This document shows, in pieces, positions 26,161 to 38,404 of a stretch of 64,000 bases of DNA. Every line of letters begins with the position of its first letter. Within the stretch, counting starts at the first letter, position 1. Below the pieces are notes generated by a model that was not told the origin of the DNA, ran no database searches, and was given only the letters and a program-made list of their open reading frames with translations. Source of the stretch: Eledone cirrhosa (taxonomy: Eukaryota); NCBI GenBank assembly GCA_964016885.1, contig OZ024742.1:8060001-8124000 (forward strand), in the 5' to 3' direction. Made by a program: the position numbers and the translations under genes.

Positions 26161-29100
26161 CTACAAGCTTATTTAGAGAGAAGGCCTAACCACTCGGGCC
26201 ATCTTTGCCACATTCACCCACCTTCTATAAAATTTGCTGGGGTGCAGCACCTTTCTCTCCATCCTGATTCTTCTACCAAAATAATATTTGAAAAAATGAA
26301 TCAGTTGCTCGCCGGAGAGAAAGGTGTCTGACCTCAGCCCTTTTAACCTCGTCCACCATATAACCTCTTTCACCATAGCCATAACACATAGGAAAACCTC
26401 CTCTCCCTCGTTTTTGAAGGAGGGTGGCGGTATGATCATGACAATGGACTCGGTGGTAAAATGGATTGGTCCCACCCGCGACAATAGTCGTTCTACATAG
26501 CCCCACAGGTCGGTAACGCCCGGGCAGTGTACAAATGCGTGTGCGACGGTTTCCTCGTCGCGCACGCATCTCGGACAGATCTTTTTCGAAGGGTCCCTAC
26601 CCGGGCGCCCGTGTCTGTAGAGCTGGTCTCAAACTGGTAGAGCTCCTCGGTAGCACTGCCAGGCCAGGGACTTTTGGAAGTTGTCCAATTGGTCCCGGGC
26701 GGAAGGTCCTACCGAACAGACTGGCCAGTTCGTCCTCCTCTACGCCTAGAGATTCTCCGAGCGTGTCGTCGCACTTGCTGCGGACCAACCCTCTATAGAA
26801 TGTCGAAGTGGAGTCTCCACTGATCGCCGGCTCCGTTTGCCAGAGGACTGTGAGCGCCTGAGCACATTCGATGTGCCAGTCGCCCATTTTCCTCGGTCTT
26901 TGCTTGACCCAGGACTGCAGCTCGGTCAGCGAGACGAGTCGTGGGAAGGCTCCCCTCACGAACGAGGCCCACACCGGTTGTCTGGTGAGGAATACGTGGA
27001 GGTGCCGCAGCCTGAGCGCTTGTTTGCGCATCGTCAGCCACGGCATCCCCAGCCCTCCGTTTGAAGAGTGTTGGCAGCAGATGGATCCTCTCACCAAAGG
27101 AGCCTGTTTCTTCTAAAGGAATTGGAAGAGCGCGTGCTCCATTTTGGTGAGCGTTTTGGCTGGACTGGACAAGGCACGAGGGTCAAGCGATAGTAGATGA
27201 CGGACGCTATAAAAGTGTTCGCCACCTCCGCTCGACCTTTCAAGTATAGTTTGCACTCGGCCCACTTCTGGGTTAGCGCAAACACCTTGGCCGTCACCTC
27301 GTTCCAGTTCTTCTCCACCTGGAGGTCCGGACCAAACCAGACCCCGAGCAGCTTTACCGGTCCTTCCGTCCAGCGTCCGACGACGTCATCGGAAGGCACC
27401 GGTTTGCCTCTCCACGTTCCGAGTTGCAAACCGACGGATTTGTCCCGGTTCAGCTTCGCTCTTGTGAACCTTTCGTATTCCTCCAGTAAGGTGCCGACGT
27501 CCCCGAATTGCGAGGTGCTCGACACAATTACTGTCACGTCGTCGGCGTAGGCCGACGCCGCTTTTCGCAGTCCCGGTTCCAAAGGGATGCCCTGCAATAG
27601 CTCCAACTTCCGCAGTAGTGGCTCGAGAGTCAGTACGTACAGAAGGGAGGAGAGAGGGCATCCCTGTCGGATGGATCGCGTGATATGGAACGGCTCCGAG
27701 AGGTAGCTGTTCACCTTGACCCTTGAGCAGTTGTTGCTGCTGTGCATTGCAGCAATCCAGCCCCTGAACACGGGACCGAAGCCTGTCGCCTCGAGCACCG
27801 CATCCAGGTAACGATGGTCAACCCTATCGAAAGCCTTAGACTGATCCAAGTTGATCAGGGCCCCACCGAAGCCGGGTTTACACCCTACCCTCTCTATGAT
27901 GTATCGCATGAGGTGGACGTTGTCGTGTGTGGACCTGGTCGGGATTGCGCATGTCTGCGCTTCTCCCACCAGGTTTTCAACGACAAGCACCAGTCTCTTT
28001 GCCAACACCTTGGCCAAAATCTGTAATTCTGTGTTGAGCACAGTTATGGGCCGGAAGTTGCCTATGTCATCTCCCTTGTTCTCGTCATTCCTGACTAACG
28101 TGATTACGCCCTTGGTCACAGAACTGGGAATTCTCCCGTTCTGCTGCCAGTTGCAGTAGACCGCTTCGAGGAGACCGGAGAATAAGTCCGGCATTGCTAC
28201 GTAAAATTCGTAGGGTAGACCGTCGAGACCTGGAGATTTGTGTTTGCCGCATTGGCTCAGCGCGTTCCCTATCTCAGCGGCTGAAATCGGCCTTTCGCAG
28301 AACTTCGCCTCGCTGTCCGAGAGTCACGGTAGGCCGTCGAGGTATGAACCGAAATCCATAGCCCCTCCTGTCGCGCCGCCCTGCCCGAACAGTCGAGCAA
28401 AGTGCCGCTGAAAGGCCGCGCACATTTGCTTCGGCTCACGTAACACGCTTCAGTCTTAGTCCTTCAAAGACCGAATCGTGGACTTTTGCCACTTTTCGCC
28501 TCCGTCACCCGGGCCCAGCTAACAGCTTTGGCTCCCTCGTTTCCCAGAGCACGTATTTTACTTCTGACAACGCAGCCTTCATGCTTTGCGTCGAAGAACT
28601 AGTCCAAGGCCGTTCTCGTCGCTAGCACGCTGGCTACGTTACCACTCCTAAGTGCCTCTTCTACTTTATCTACCAGTTCATTTTCGGTCTTATTTCTATC
28701 TAACAATAATTCTTTACTAAAACCTATCGAGTCTAATCTAACTGCCCCCTTGAGAGAGTATCACCATCTGTTGTTGACAATAGCCCCTGTCAAGTGCTGC
28801 TTAACTAAAGTGCTAATCAGTCTACTGTAGACTTTGCATGTCGGTAACGACAAGTTCAGCTTCTAGTAGCTGGGTCCCTGTCTATGGGTTTTGTCAAGGT
28901 TGACTAAGCAGATCACTAATTTGTAATCTGAATAGGCAACCATGAACATTTGTGGACAGCTTAACATGTCCCTATCCTTCTTTCTGACTAGAACCCTATC
29001 TAGGTACGATCTAGATGTTCCGCTAATTTTAGTCCACGTCCACAGTGGCATAGTAGGAAAATCTAGTCGATATCTATTGGCCAGGTCAAATCGACCGATT

Positions 29101-29603
29101 AACTGTTTGAGGCTGTTACACCCCCCTCTATTGGGACATGCTCCCACATAGTCCCAACGTGCATCTAGTATTCCATTCCAGTCCCCCACTAACAGCAGGA
29201 AGCGGGACGTTCCCAGAAAAGTCTCTAGACGTTTGAAGAAGTCTGGCTGCGGTGTCACGGATGGGGCATATGCGGCCACCAGCCTGAAGCCTCCACCTTC
29301 ACTACCGTCAACGTCTAGGACCACCAGTCGACCCTCCGGGTCCAGATGTACCGTCTGTGTTACGAGGTCCAGGTGTTTCCGCAGCAAAACGGCAACCCCA
29401 CCCCCACCACCCGGCTGACAGAGAGATGCGTAAATCTCAAGGTCGTCGAAGATGGGGGCCAGTTGACGCTCGCTGTGGATCCTGGACTCGCAAATGGCTA
29501 CTACATTCATACTGTGCGACCTGAGGTCGTTTAAGAGTTTGCCCTGTTTCCAGGGCATCCCCAGGCCGCGTACATTCACACATCCAACTCTTATATTGGC
29601 CAT
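26161..29603 (-). pseudogene. Copy 1 ORF2 (APE endonuclease + RT + C-terminal zinc finger), with stops and frameshifts
   Basis: MANIRVGCVNVRGL, GDWN, YLDRVL, QGCPLS, YADD and CPRC..ETVAHAFVHC spread over ORFs 28863-29603, 27091-28194, 26597-27097 and 26173-26565. Confidence 0.93.
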
Positions 29604-30373
29604 GTTGGTGCTGAAAAGTTAAAAGAAGAGGAAAAGAAATCACTCACCTCTTCGTCTCCTGGGAACTAGGCTGCACAATTTCCATGGGGGTGTTGGAGGG
29701 GTTGTTTGGTGGGGTGGTGGTCTCTGGAGGGGTGGGGACAGAGATGTTTGGTGGGAAGGGGGTGTCTGGTGTGATGGGGGTGGGGGGGATATTTTAACAG
29801 GACTCGATTGTAGGGTTTGACGCAGGGTTTACCTACGTCGTTAGGAAATGTTTCTTTTAACTGTTTATGTGTGTCCATGGAGGCCCTAATCATTTTAAGA
29901 TTAGGATCCTCCGAAGAATGTGTAAAAGTTTTCCCTTCGGTCTCCACCGAAGGGTTTTTATATATGGTGTCTGTTAAAGTTTTATTGTTAGTATTTATGT
30001 AGGTGTAACATTTTTGTTGTGTTGGGTTGCTTTTTGTCTGGGGTTCTTGTGTGTGTTTACGTTTTGTAGTAGGTGTTTTGTTTTCAGGAGGGGGTGTTTT
30101 TGTTTGTGCTGTTTGCGTCGCTTGTGTTGGTGTTTGTGTGTTTGTTGCATTTTTGTTTGTGTTATGTCTTTTCTTTTTCTTTTTACTGGTCGGAAAGACA
30201 CTCCCTCATCGTCACTGGGTGACGATGAGGGAGTGTCATCCGTGTTGTTGGGGAGGGGTACATTTTGGGGAGCTGTTATGTGTGTGGGTGTTTCTGGAGT
30301 TGTTTTAGGTGGGTTGGGGTTGGGTGGGACTGTGTTTGTCGTTTGTTTTGTTGTCACTATTTTTTTATGTTGT

Positions 30374-30442
<69 letters not shown>

Positions 30443-31714
30443 GGGGTGGTGGTGGTGATTGTTGTGCTGGTGTTGCAGGTGTTGGCAGTAGTGCCTTTTT
30501 TTGGCTAGTTAGCCGAGGACAGGAAGCTCTCAGGTGACCCCTGCTTGAGCAGTGGTAGCATGAGGGCCGCCTACCCTCGACCGAAATGTTTATGTATATA
30601 AGCCCATCCAGCAACACACGTTCCGGCATCCTAGCTATTCGTGCTGGTGTCATTTGGACCAGAACTTCCAGGCTAGTTCCGCTGAACAGGTCGCCGGAGG
30701 ACTTACCTACCGATATTATATAGTCTGTTTCGTGGTTTAAAAATCCACATAGTACCCACCAAATATCAATATTTAGTGTGATACTTTGGATTTTTACTTT
30801 CTGTGTCCTTTTCCCCATGTAAATGGGGAAAAAGATGAACAGCGGTGACACAATTGGCGACACAGAATATTTATCTGCCGTCAATTGGTCTTTCATTAGA
30901 ATGGTTAAACTCCCGTAGAGTCTACCCTTCTGAATAAAAGCAATGTCTTTTAAGGCATTTTTTAAAACCAACTCAATTTCGCCTTGTGAAAGTTGAGTCG
31001 GTTTTCGGGTTTTGTTTGAGACTGTCCTGAAAATTACAGTTTTCAAGGCAGCTTCTCTTCGCAAATCTGAGGGAGAGTTTATGGAGAATGATCCGTTCTC
31101 CCCAAAAGTTACATATTGTCTGGCGTTATTCAAAAGCTCATTTGCATTTGAAATATCTACCGAAGTGTAGCTTACCGTTTTCTTTACGGTTTGCGCAAAT
31201 GATATTTTGTCGTTTACTTCCTTGTTGCAGTTATTGGTATTGTTGTTGTTATTGTTGTTATTGTTGATGTTGTTTTCGTTTTTCCGTTGTTGGTGTTGTT
31301 GTTGTTGTTGTTGGTTGTGGTTTTGTTGTTGTTGTTCTTCTAGTTCTCGTTGTGACTGTTGTTGTTGATGGCGTTGTTTTGGTTTGTGCCATTCACAGTT
31401 TTCGTGTTGGTGGTGCTGGTGTTGTTGTCAGGGTGTGTTTTAAACATATCGAAGTGTTTCAATCAGGCGGTGCGAGCTGCTTCTTGGCTTGACAGTTTTA
31501 CCGTCCCTCCACCACCTCTGTCTAATTGTTGGCTGACAGATTTGATGTTGTTGTTGTTTTTGTTGCTGTTGTTGTTATTGTTGTTGTTGTTGGTGATAGC
31601 AGCAGGCAGTCAACCTTCACCTGCTACTAGTGCTGTGGAAGGTGATATTAACAGCCCATCTCCACAATTCCCTGATGTGTTTTTTGTGAAGACGAGGTCA
31701 AAGAATTTGGCCAT
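29590..31714 (-). pseudogene. Copy 1 ORF1 (gag-like, CCHC zinc knuckle), disrupted, with (CAA)n expansions
   Basis: CYHCSSRGHLRASC in ORF 30357-31133; clear homology to copy 4 ORF1 (GENG.FSINSP, RLYGS, VEGRRP, KRK, NRVLLK). The 5' limit (ATG at 31714) is uncertain. Confidence 0.85.
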
Positions 31715-31944
31715 TTTGGCTATATTCAAAATTCCGGTAGAAATTTTGTGGAATTTCTCCGTTTTTCGCCCTGATGGACTTATTATTTGGGGTTGCTACC
31801 ACCTACCAAGTGTAGGGTGGCAGCTTATCTACAAAATGGTGAAGAATGTAGATTCAGTTCATGCAATTTCCAATGAAATTAAAACATTTACTCACCAGCG
31901 CGTTTTCCACGTGTTAGACAGAATCTGAGATGGATAGATAGATA

Positions 31945-32910
31945 TGTTTCTTTTATTTGCCACCAGGGCATCAAAAGTGGGACAAGTACAATGGGGGGAG
32001 TTTACAAAACAAGGCGTCCTCAATAAGGAGGAGGCAATAACAATATATAAAAATAAAATAAAATATAACAAAAAATAAAATTTATAACAAAGTCCTCCAT
32101 AGAGAGGAGGCGCCTTGGGGGGTCGCACACACCCCCGAAAAAAGTGTGCAACCCTTCTCCTCAGGAGCACAGAGAAGGGGTGCTCCCTTGGTCTTTCATC
32201 TTCCTCACCTATAGTCTGATGTAGAGTGAAGGCCCATTCACACGGGCCATTCTCGCCACTTTCACCCATCTTTCATAGAAACGGCTGGGGTGCAGCACCT
32301 CTCTCTCCATCCTGATCCTTCTTCCGAAATGATATCGGAAGAAACGGACCAGTTGTTGGCCAGAGAGAAAGGTGCCTGACCTCAGTCCATACAACCTCTT
32401 TCGCCATGGCTATTACGCACAGAAACACCGCCTCTGCTTCATCTTTGAAGGGGGGAGGCGGCTTGATCATTACAATAGACTCGGTGGTCAACCGGATCGG
32501 TCCCACCCTTGACAGCAGTTGTTCGACATAGCCCCACAGATCGGCTACGCCCGAGCAGTGTACCAATGCGTGTGCAACGGTTTCCTCGTCGCACACGCAT
32601 CTGGGACAGATCTTTTTGGCGGGGTCCCTACCCGGGCGCCCGTGTCTGTAGAGCCTTTCTCGAACGGGTAAAGCTCCTCGGTAGCACTGCCAGGCCAGGG
32701 ACTTCTGGAAGTTGTCCATAGGTCCCGGGCTGAATGTCCTACCGAACAGGCCGGCCAGTTCGTCCTCCTCCATGTCTAGGGCTTCTCCGAGGGCGTCGTC
32801 GCACCTGGTGCGTACCAGCCCTCTATAGAATGTTGCGGTGGAGTCTCCACTGATAACCGGATCCGCCTGCCAGAGGGCGGTGAGCGCCTGGGCACACTCA
32901 GTGTGCCAGG
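31945..32910 (-). mobile_element. Tx1-like LINE copy 2: 5'-truncated (~1 kb)
   Basis: Near-identical to the 3' part of copy 3, with a 17-bp deletion near 32388; (GATA)n at both ends. Confidence 0.93.
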
Positions 32911-32924
32911 ATAGATAGATAGAT

Positions 32925-34641
32925 TTCTTTTATTTGCCACTAGGGCATCAAAAGTGGGACAAGTACAAAGGGGGGAGTTTACACAAAAATGCGTCCTCAA
33001 TAAGGAGGAGGCAATAACAAAATATAAAAATAAAATAAGATATAACAAAAAATAAAATTTTTAACAAAATCCTCAATAGAGAGGAGGCGCCTTGGGGGGT
33101 CGCACACACCCCCGAAAAAAGTGTGCAACCCTTCTCCTCAGGAGCACAGAGAAGGGGTGCTCCCTTGGTCTTTCATCTTCCTCACCTATAGTCTGATGTA
33201 GAGTGAAGGCCCATTCACACGGGCCATTCTCGCCACTTTCACCCATCTTTCATAGAAACGGCTGGGGTGCAGCACCTCTCTCTCCATCCTGATCCTTCTT
33301 CCGAAATGATATCGGAAGAAACGGACCAGTTGTTGGCCAGAGAGAAAGGTGCCCGACCTCAGTCCTTTCAGACGCGTCCACCATACAACCTCTTTCGCCA
33401 TGGCTATTACGCACAGAAACACCGCCTCTGCTTCATCTTTGAAGGGGGGAGGCGGCTTGATCATTACAATAGACTCGGTGGTCAACCGGATCGGTCCCAC
33501 CCTTGACAGCAGTTGTTCGACATAGCCCCACAGATCGGCTACGCCCGAGCAGTGTACTAATGCGTGTGCAACGGTTTCCTCGTCGCACACGCATCTGGGA
33601 CAGATCTTTTTGGCGGGGTCCCTACCCGGGCGCCCGTGTCTGTAGAGCCTTTCTCGAACGGGTAAAGCCCCTCGGTAGCACTGCCAGGCCAGGGACTTCT
33701 GGAAGTTGTCCATAGGTCCCGGGCTGAATGTCCTACCGAACAGGCTGGCCAGTTCGTCCTCCTCCATGTCTAGGGCTTCTCCGAGGGCGTCGTCGCACCT
33801 GCTGCGTACCAGCCCTCTATAGAATGTTGCGGTGGAGTCTCCACTGATAACCGGATCCGCCTGCCAGAGGGCGGTGAGCGCCTGGGCACACTCAGTGTGC
33901 CAGGCGCCCAGTTTTCTAGGTCTTTGCTTGACCCAGGATTGCAGCTCGGTGAGTGAGACGAGTCTGGGAAAGGTTCGTCTCACAAACGAGGCCCACACCG
34001 GTTGTCCGGTGAGGAATACGTAGAGGTGCCGTAGCCTTAATGCGTGTTTACGCATCATTAGCCACGGCATCCCCAGCCCTCCTTTCGAAGGGTGTTGACA
34101 GCAGATGGATCTCCTCACCATAGGAGCCCGCCTCTTCCAAAGGAATTGGAAGAGCGCGCGCTCCATCTTGGTGAGGGTTTCCCTTGGGCAGGGCACTACG
34201 GTCAGGCGGTAGTAGATGACGGACGCTATGTAGGTGTTCGCCACCTCCGCCCGACCTTTCAGGGATAGTTTGCAACTGGCCCACTTCTGGGTCAGTGCAA
34301 ACACCCTGTTCGTAACCTCCGCCCAGTTTTTCTCCACCTGGAGGTCCGGTCCGAACCAGACCCCGAGCAACTTCACCGGGCCCTCCGTCCAGCGTCCGAC
34401 GACGCTATCGGAGGGCATCGGTCTGCCCCTCCACGTGCCGAGTTGCAAACCGATCGACTTGTCCCGGTTCAGCTTAGCCCCTGTGAACTTTTCGTACTCA
34501 TCCAGTAAGGTGCCGACCGCCTCGATTTCGGAGGCCGTCGACACCATTACTGTCACGTCATCGGCGTAGGCCGACACCGCTTTCCGCAATCCCGGTTCCA
34601 AAGGGATGCCCTGCAACAACTCCAACTTCCGCAGTAGTGGC
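32925..34641 (-). mobile_element. Tx1-like LINE copy 3: 5'-truncated (~1.7 kb) with open ORF2 C-terminal half
   Basis: ORF 33186-34625 with YADD and CPRC..ETVAHALVHC; (GATA)n at both ends. Confidence 0.95.
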
Positions 34642-34674
34642 AGGATAGATAGATAGTTAGATAAATAGACAGAC

Positions 34675-34728
<54 letters not shown>

Positions 34729-34959
34729 ATTTCTATTTATTTGCCACGAGGGCACAAAAGAAGGGGACATTTACACAGTGGGGGAGTTTACATAAATCGA
34801 GTAAAGAAAAAAGGAATAACAATAATAATATAACAATAAAAAGTCCTCAAAAGGGAGGGGGCGTGTTGGGGATTGCACATACCCCCGAAAAGTGTGCAAC
34901 TCTTTTCGCGGGGGAAGCCCAGAGAGGAGGCGCTCCCCCTTTCCTCTTCACTTCTTCAC

Positions 34960-37900
34960 CTACAGAACAATGTAGAGAGAAGGCCCATTTACACGGGCCA
35001 TTCTCGCTTCTTTCACCCACCTTTCATAAAACTGTCTGGGACCAAGCACTTCTCTCTCCATCCTGATTCTTCTTCCGAAGTGGTATCGGAAGAAGTAAAC
35101 CAGGTGATGGCCGGAGAGAAAGTCACCCGACCTCAGACCTTTCAGGCGCGTCCACCACACAACCTCTTTCATCATGGCTATTACGCACAGAAAGACCGCC
35201 TCTGCTTCATTTCTGAAGGGAGGAGGCGGCTTGATGTTCACCACAGACTCGGCGGTTAATCGAATCGGCGCCACACGCGACAGCAGTCGTTCGACGTAGC
35301 CCCACAGATCGGCAACGCCCGGGCAGTGTACCAGTGCATGCGCAATGGTTTCCTCGTCGCGCACGCATCTGGGACAGATCTTTTTCGCGGGATCCCTGCC
35401 CGGGCGCCCGTGTCTGTAGAGCTTTTCTCGAACGGGCAGAGCCCCCCGGTAACACTGCCAGGCTAGGGACCTCTGGAAGTTGTCCATGGGTCCCGGGCCG
35501 AAAGTTCTACCGAACAGGCTGGCCAGTTCGTCCTCCTCCATGCCTAGCGACTCTCCAAGGGTGTCGTCGCCCCTGCTAGCCACCAACCCTCTATAGAATG
35601 TCGAGGTGGATTCTCCACTGACAGTCGGGTCCGCTTGCCAGATAGCCGTGAGCGCCTGGGCACACTCAGTGTGCCAGTTGCCCAGTTTTCTCGGTCTTTG
35701 CTTCACCCAGGATTGCAGTTCGGTGAGCGAGACGAGCTGTGGGAAGGCTCGCCTCACAAACGGGGCCCACACTGGCTGACCGTTGAGGAATACCTGTAGA
35801 TGCCGTAGCCTCAATGCGTGCCTACGCATCAACAGCCACGGCATACCCAGCCCTCCTTTCGAAGGGTGCTGGCAGCAGATGGATCTCCTCACCATGGGAG
35901 GCCGCTTCTTCCAGAGGAACTGGAAGAGCATGCGTTCCATGATGGTGAGCTTTTCCTTGGGGCAAGGCACGACGGTCAGGCGGTAGTAGATGACGGACGC
36001 TATGTAAGCGTTCGTCACCTCCGCCCGACCTTTCAGTGATAGTTTGCACTTGGCCCACTTCTGGGTCAGCGCAAACACCCTGCTCGTCACCTCGCCCCAA
36101 TTCTTCTCCACCTGGAGGTCCGGTCCGAACCAGACCCCGAGCAGCTTCACCGGGCCCTCCGTCCACCGCCCGACGACACCGTCTAACGGCATCGGTTTGC
36201 CCCTCCACGTTCCGAGTTGCAAACCGACTGACTTGTCCTGGTTCAGCTTAGCCCCCGTCAGCCTTTCGTATTCCTCCAGTAGGGTGGCGATCGCCCCGAT
36301 TTCCGAGGCGTCCGCCACCATTACTGTTACGTCGTCGGCATAGGCCGAGACCGCTTTGTGCAATCCCGGTTCCAGGGGTATGCCCCGCAGCAACTCCAAC
36401 TTCCGCAGCAGTGGCTCGAGAGTCAATACGTACAGAAGGGAGGAGAGGGGGCACCCCTGTCTGATGGATCGGGTGATTTGAAACGGCTCCGAGAGGTAGC
36501 CGTTTACTTTAATTCTAGAGTAGATGTTGCCACTGTGCATGGCAGAAATCCAGCCCCTGAAAACGGGTCCGAAGCCCGCCGCCGCTAGCACCGCATCCAG
36601 GTAACCATGGTCGACCCTATCGAACGCCTTAGATTGATCCAAGTTGATCAGGGCCCCACCAAAGCCGGGTTCGTAGCCAACCCTCTCTATGATGTATCGC
36701 ATGAGGTGGAGGTTGTCGTGAATGGACCTGGACGGGATAGCGCATGTCTGCGCGTCTCCCACCAAACCACCCACCACAAGCGCCAACCTCTTCGCCAACA
36801 CCTTGGCCAAAATCTGTAACTCTGCATTCAGCAGAGTTATGGGCCTAAAGTTACTTAAGTCGTCCCCCTTGCTCTCGTCCTTCCTCACTAGCGTGACCAC
36901 GCCCTTGGTCACAGAACAGGGAATTCTCCCGTTCTGTTGCCAGTTGCAATAGACAGCCTCGAGGAGTTCGGAGAACAAGACCGGCATAGCTAAATAAAGT
37001 TCGTATGGTAGACCATCGAGACCCGGGGATTTGCGTCTGCTGCATTGGCTGAGCGCTTCCCCGATTTCAGTGGCTGTGATTGGCCTTTCGCAGCACTCCG
37101 CTTCGCCGCTCGAAAGACGCGGTAGACCGTCGAGGTATGGACCGAAGTCCACATCCCCGTCCGGCCCCCCGCCACCTCCGAACAGTCGAGCAAAGTGCCT
37201 TTGAAAGGTCTCGCACATTCGCTCAGGTTCAAGGATCACCCGTCCATCCTGGTCTCGCAAAGACCGAATGGTGGATTTAATCCCACTCTTGGCTTCTGTC
37301 ACGCGGGCCCAGCTAACAGCTTTGGTCCCCTCGTTTCCTAAAGCACGTATTTTACTTCGGACAACGCAGCCTTCGTGCTTCGCGTCAAAGAACTGGCTCA
37401 ATGCCGTTCTCGTCGCTAACACTCTGGCTACGTCTCCGCTCCTAATCGCCTCTTCTAGTTTATCTGTTAACTCCCTTTCCCTCCTATTTCTATTCGCCGC
37501 TAGTTCCTTACTGTAACCTATCGAACTTACTCTAATCTCTCTCTTTAGAGATATCCACCACCTACTGTTGACGATCGCTCCCGTCAACCGCATCTTAACT
37601 AAGCTACTAATCCGGTTTCTGTAATCTTTCTTTGTCGGTAAGGACAAGTTCATCTTCCAGTAACCGGGACCCTGTCTATGCGTTCTATCAAGGTTGACCA
37701 CGCAGGTCACTAATTTGTGATCTGAATAGCCAACCATGATCAGTTCTGGACAACTAAATACGTCCCTATCCTTACTCCTAACCAAAAACCTATCTAGGTA
37801 CGATCTAGATTGTCCACTGCGGTTTGCCCAGGTCCAGGTTGGCGCAGTTGGACAATCTAGTCGAAATCTATCGACCAGGTCGAATCGATCGAGTAACCCC

Positions 37901-38404
37901 TTGAGGCTGCTACACCCCCCTCTATCGGGACATGCCCCTGCATAGTCCCAACGCGCATCTAGGATTCCATTCCAGTCCCCCACTAAAAGCAGGGAACGCG
38001 ACGTTCCTAGAAAAGTCTCCAGACGTTGGAAGAAGTCGGCTCTCTCCGCCCCGAAGGGAGCATAAAGACCGACCAGTCTGAAAGCCCCGCCTTCACCACC
38101 TCCGACGTCCAGCACCAGTAATCGACCCCCCGGGTCCGAGTGAACAATCTGTACGTCGAGAGTCAGACGTTTATCCAGCAGTACGGCAACTCCCCCCCCC
38201 CCCCCCGCCTCCGGGTTGACAGAGAGATGCGTGCATCTCAAAGTCATCGAAGGCGGGCGCCAGCTGTCTCACGCTGCTGATCTGACTCTCGCAAACAACC
38301 ATCACATCTATACTTTGTGACCTGAGGTCACTTAGAAGCTTTGCTTGCTTCCAAGCTGAGCTCAGGCCACGCGCGTTCAAACAGCCAACTCTCAATTGAT
38401 CTAT
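34960..38404 (-). CDS. Copy 4 ORF2 (APE endonuclease - RT - zinc finger); one frameshift in a G homopolymer (38192-38206) and start codon reading ATA
   Basis: 1095-aa ORF 34960-38247 (GDWN, SDHK, PGLDGL, QGCPLS, YADD, CPRC..H..C) plus the N-terminal LRVGCLNARGL in ORF 38171-38395. Confidence 0.93.

Larger units (their letters stand above)
25917..31928 (-). mobile_element. Tx1-like LINE copy 1: full length, decayed
   Basis: ORF1 and ORF2 remnants in order, 3'UTR with AATAAA, (GATA)n at both ends. Confidence 0.92.

Noticed and set aside
29611-29647. 37-nt mini-intron fusing ORF1 to ORF2 in LINE copy 1 (GTGAGT...TTTTCAG)
   Set aside because: Removal does not put ORF2 in frame, and the AG is not conserved in copy 4 (TTTCAA). 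The donor is better explained by the distal acceptor hypothesis.
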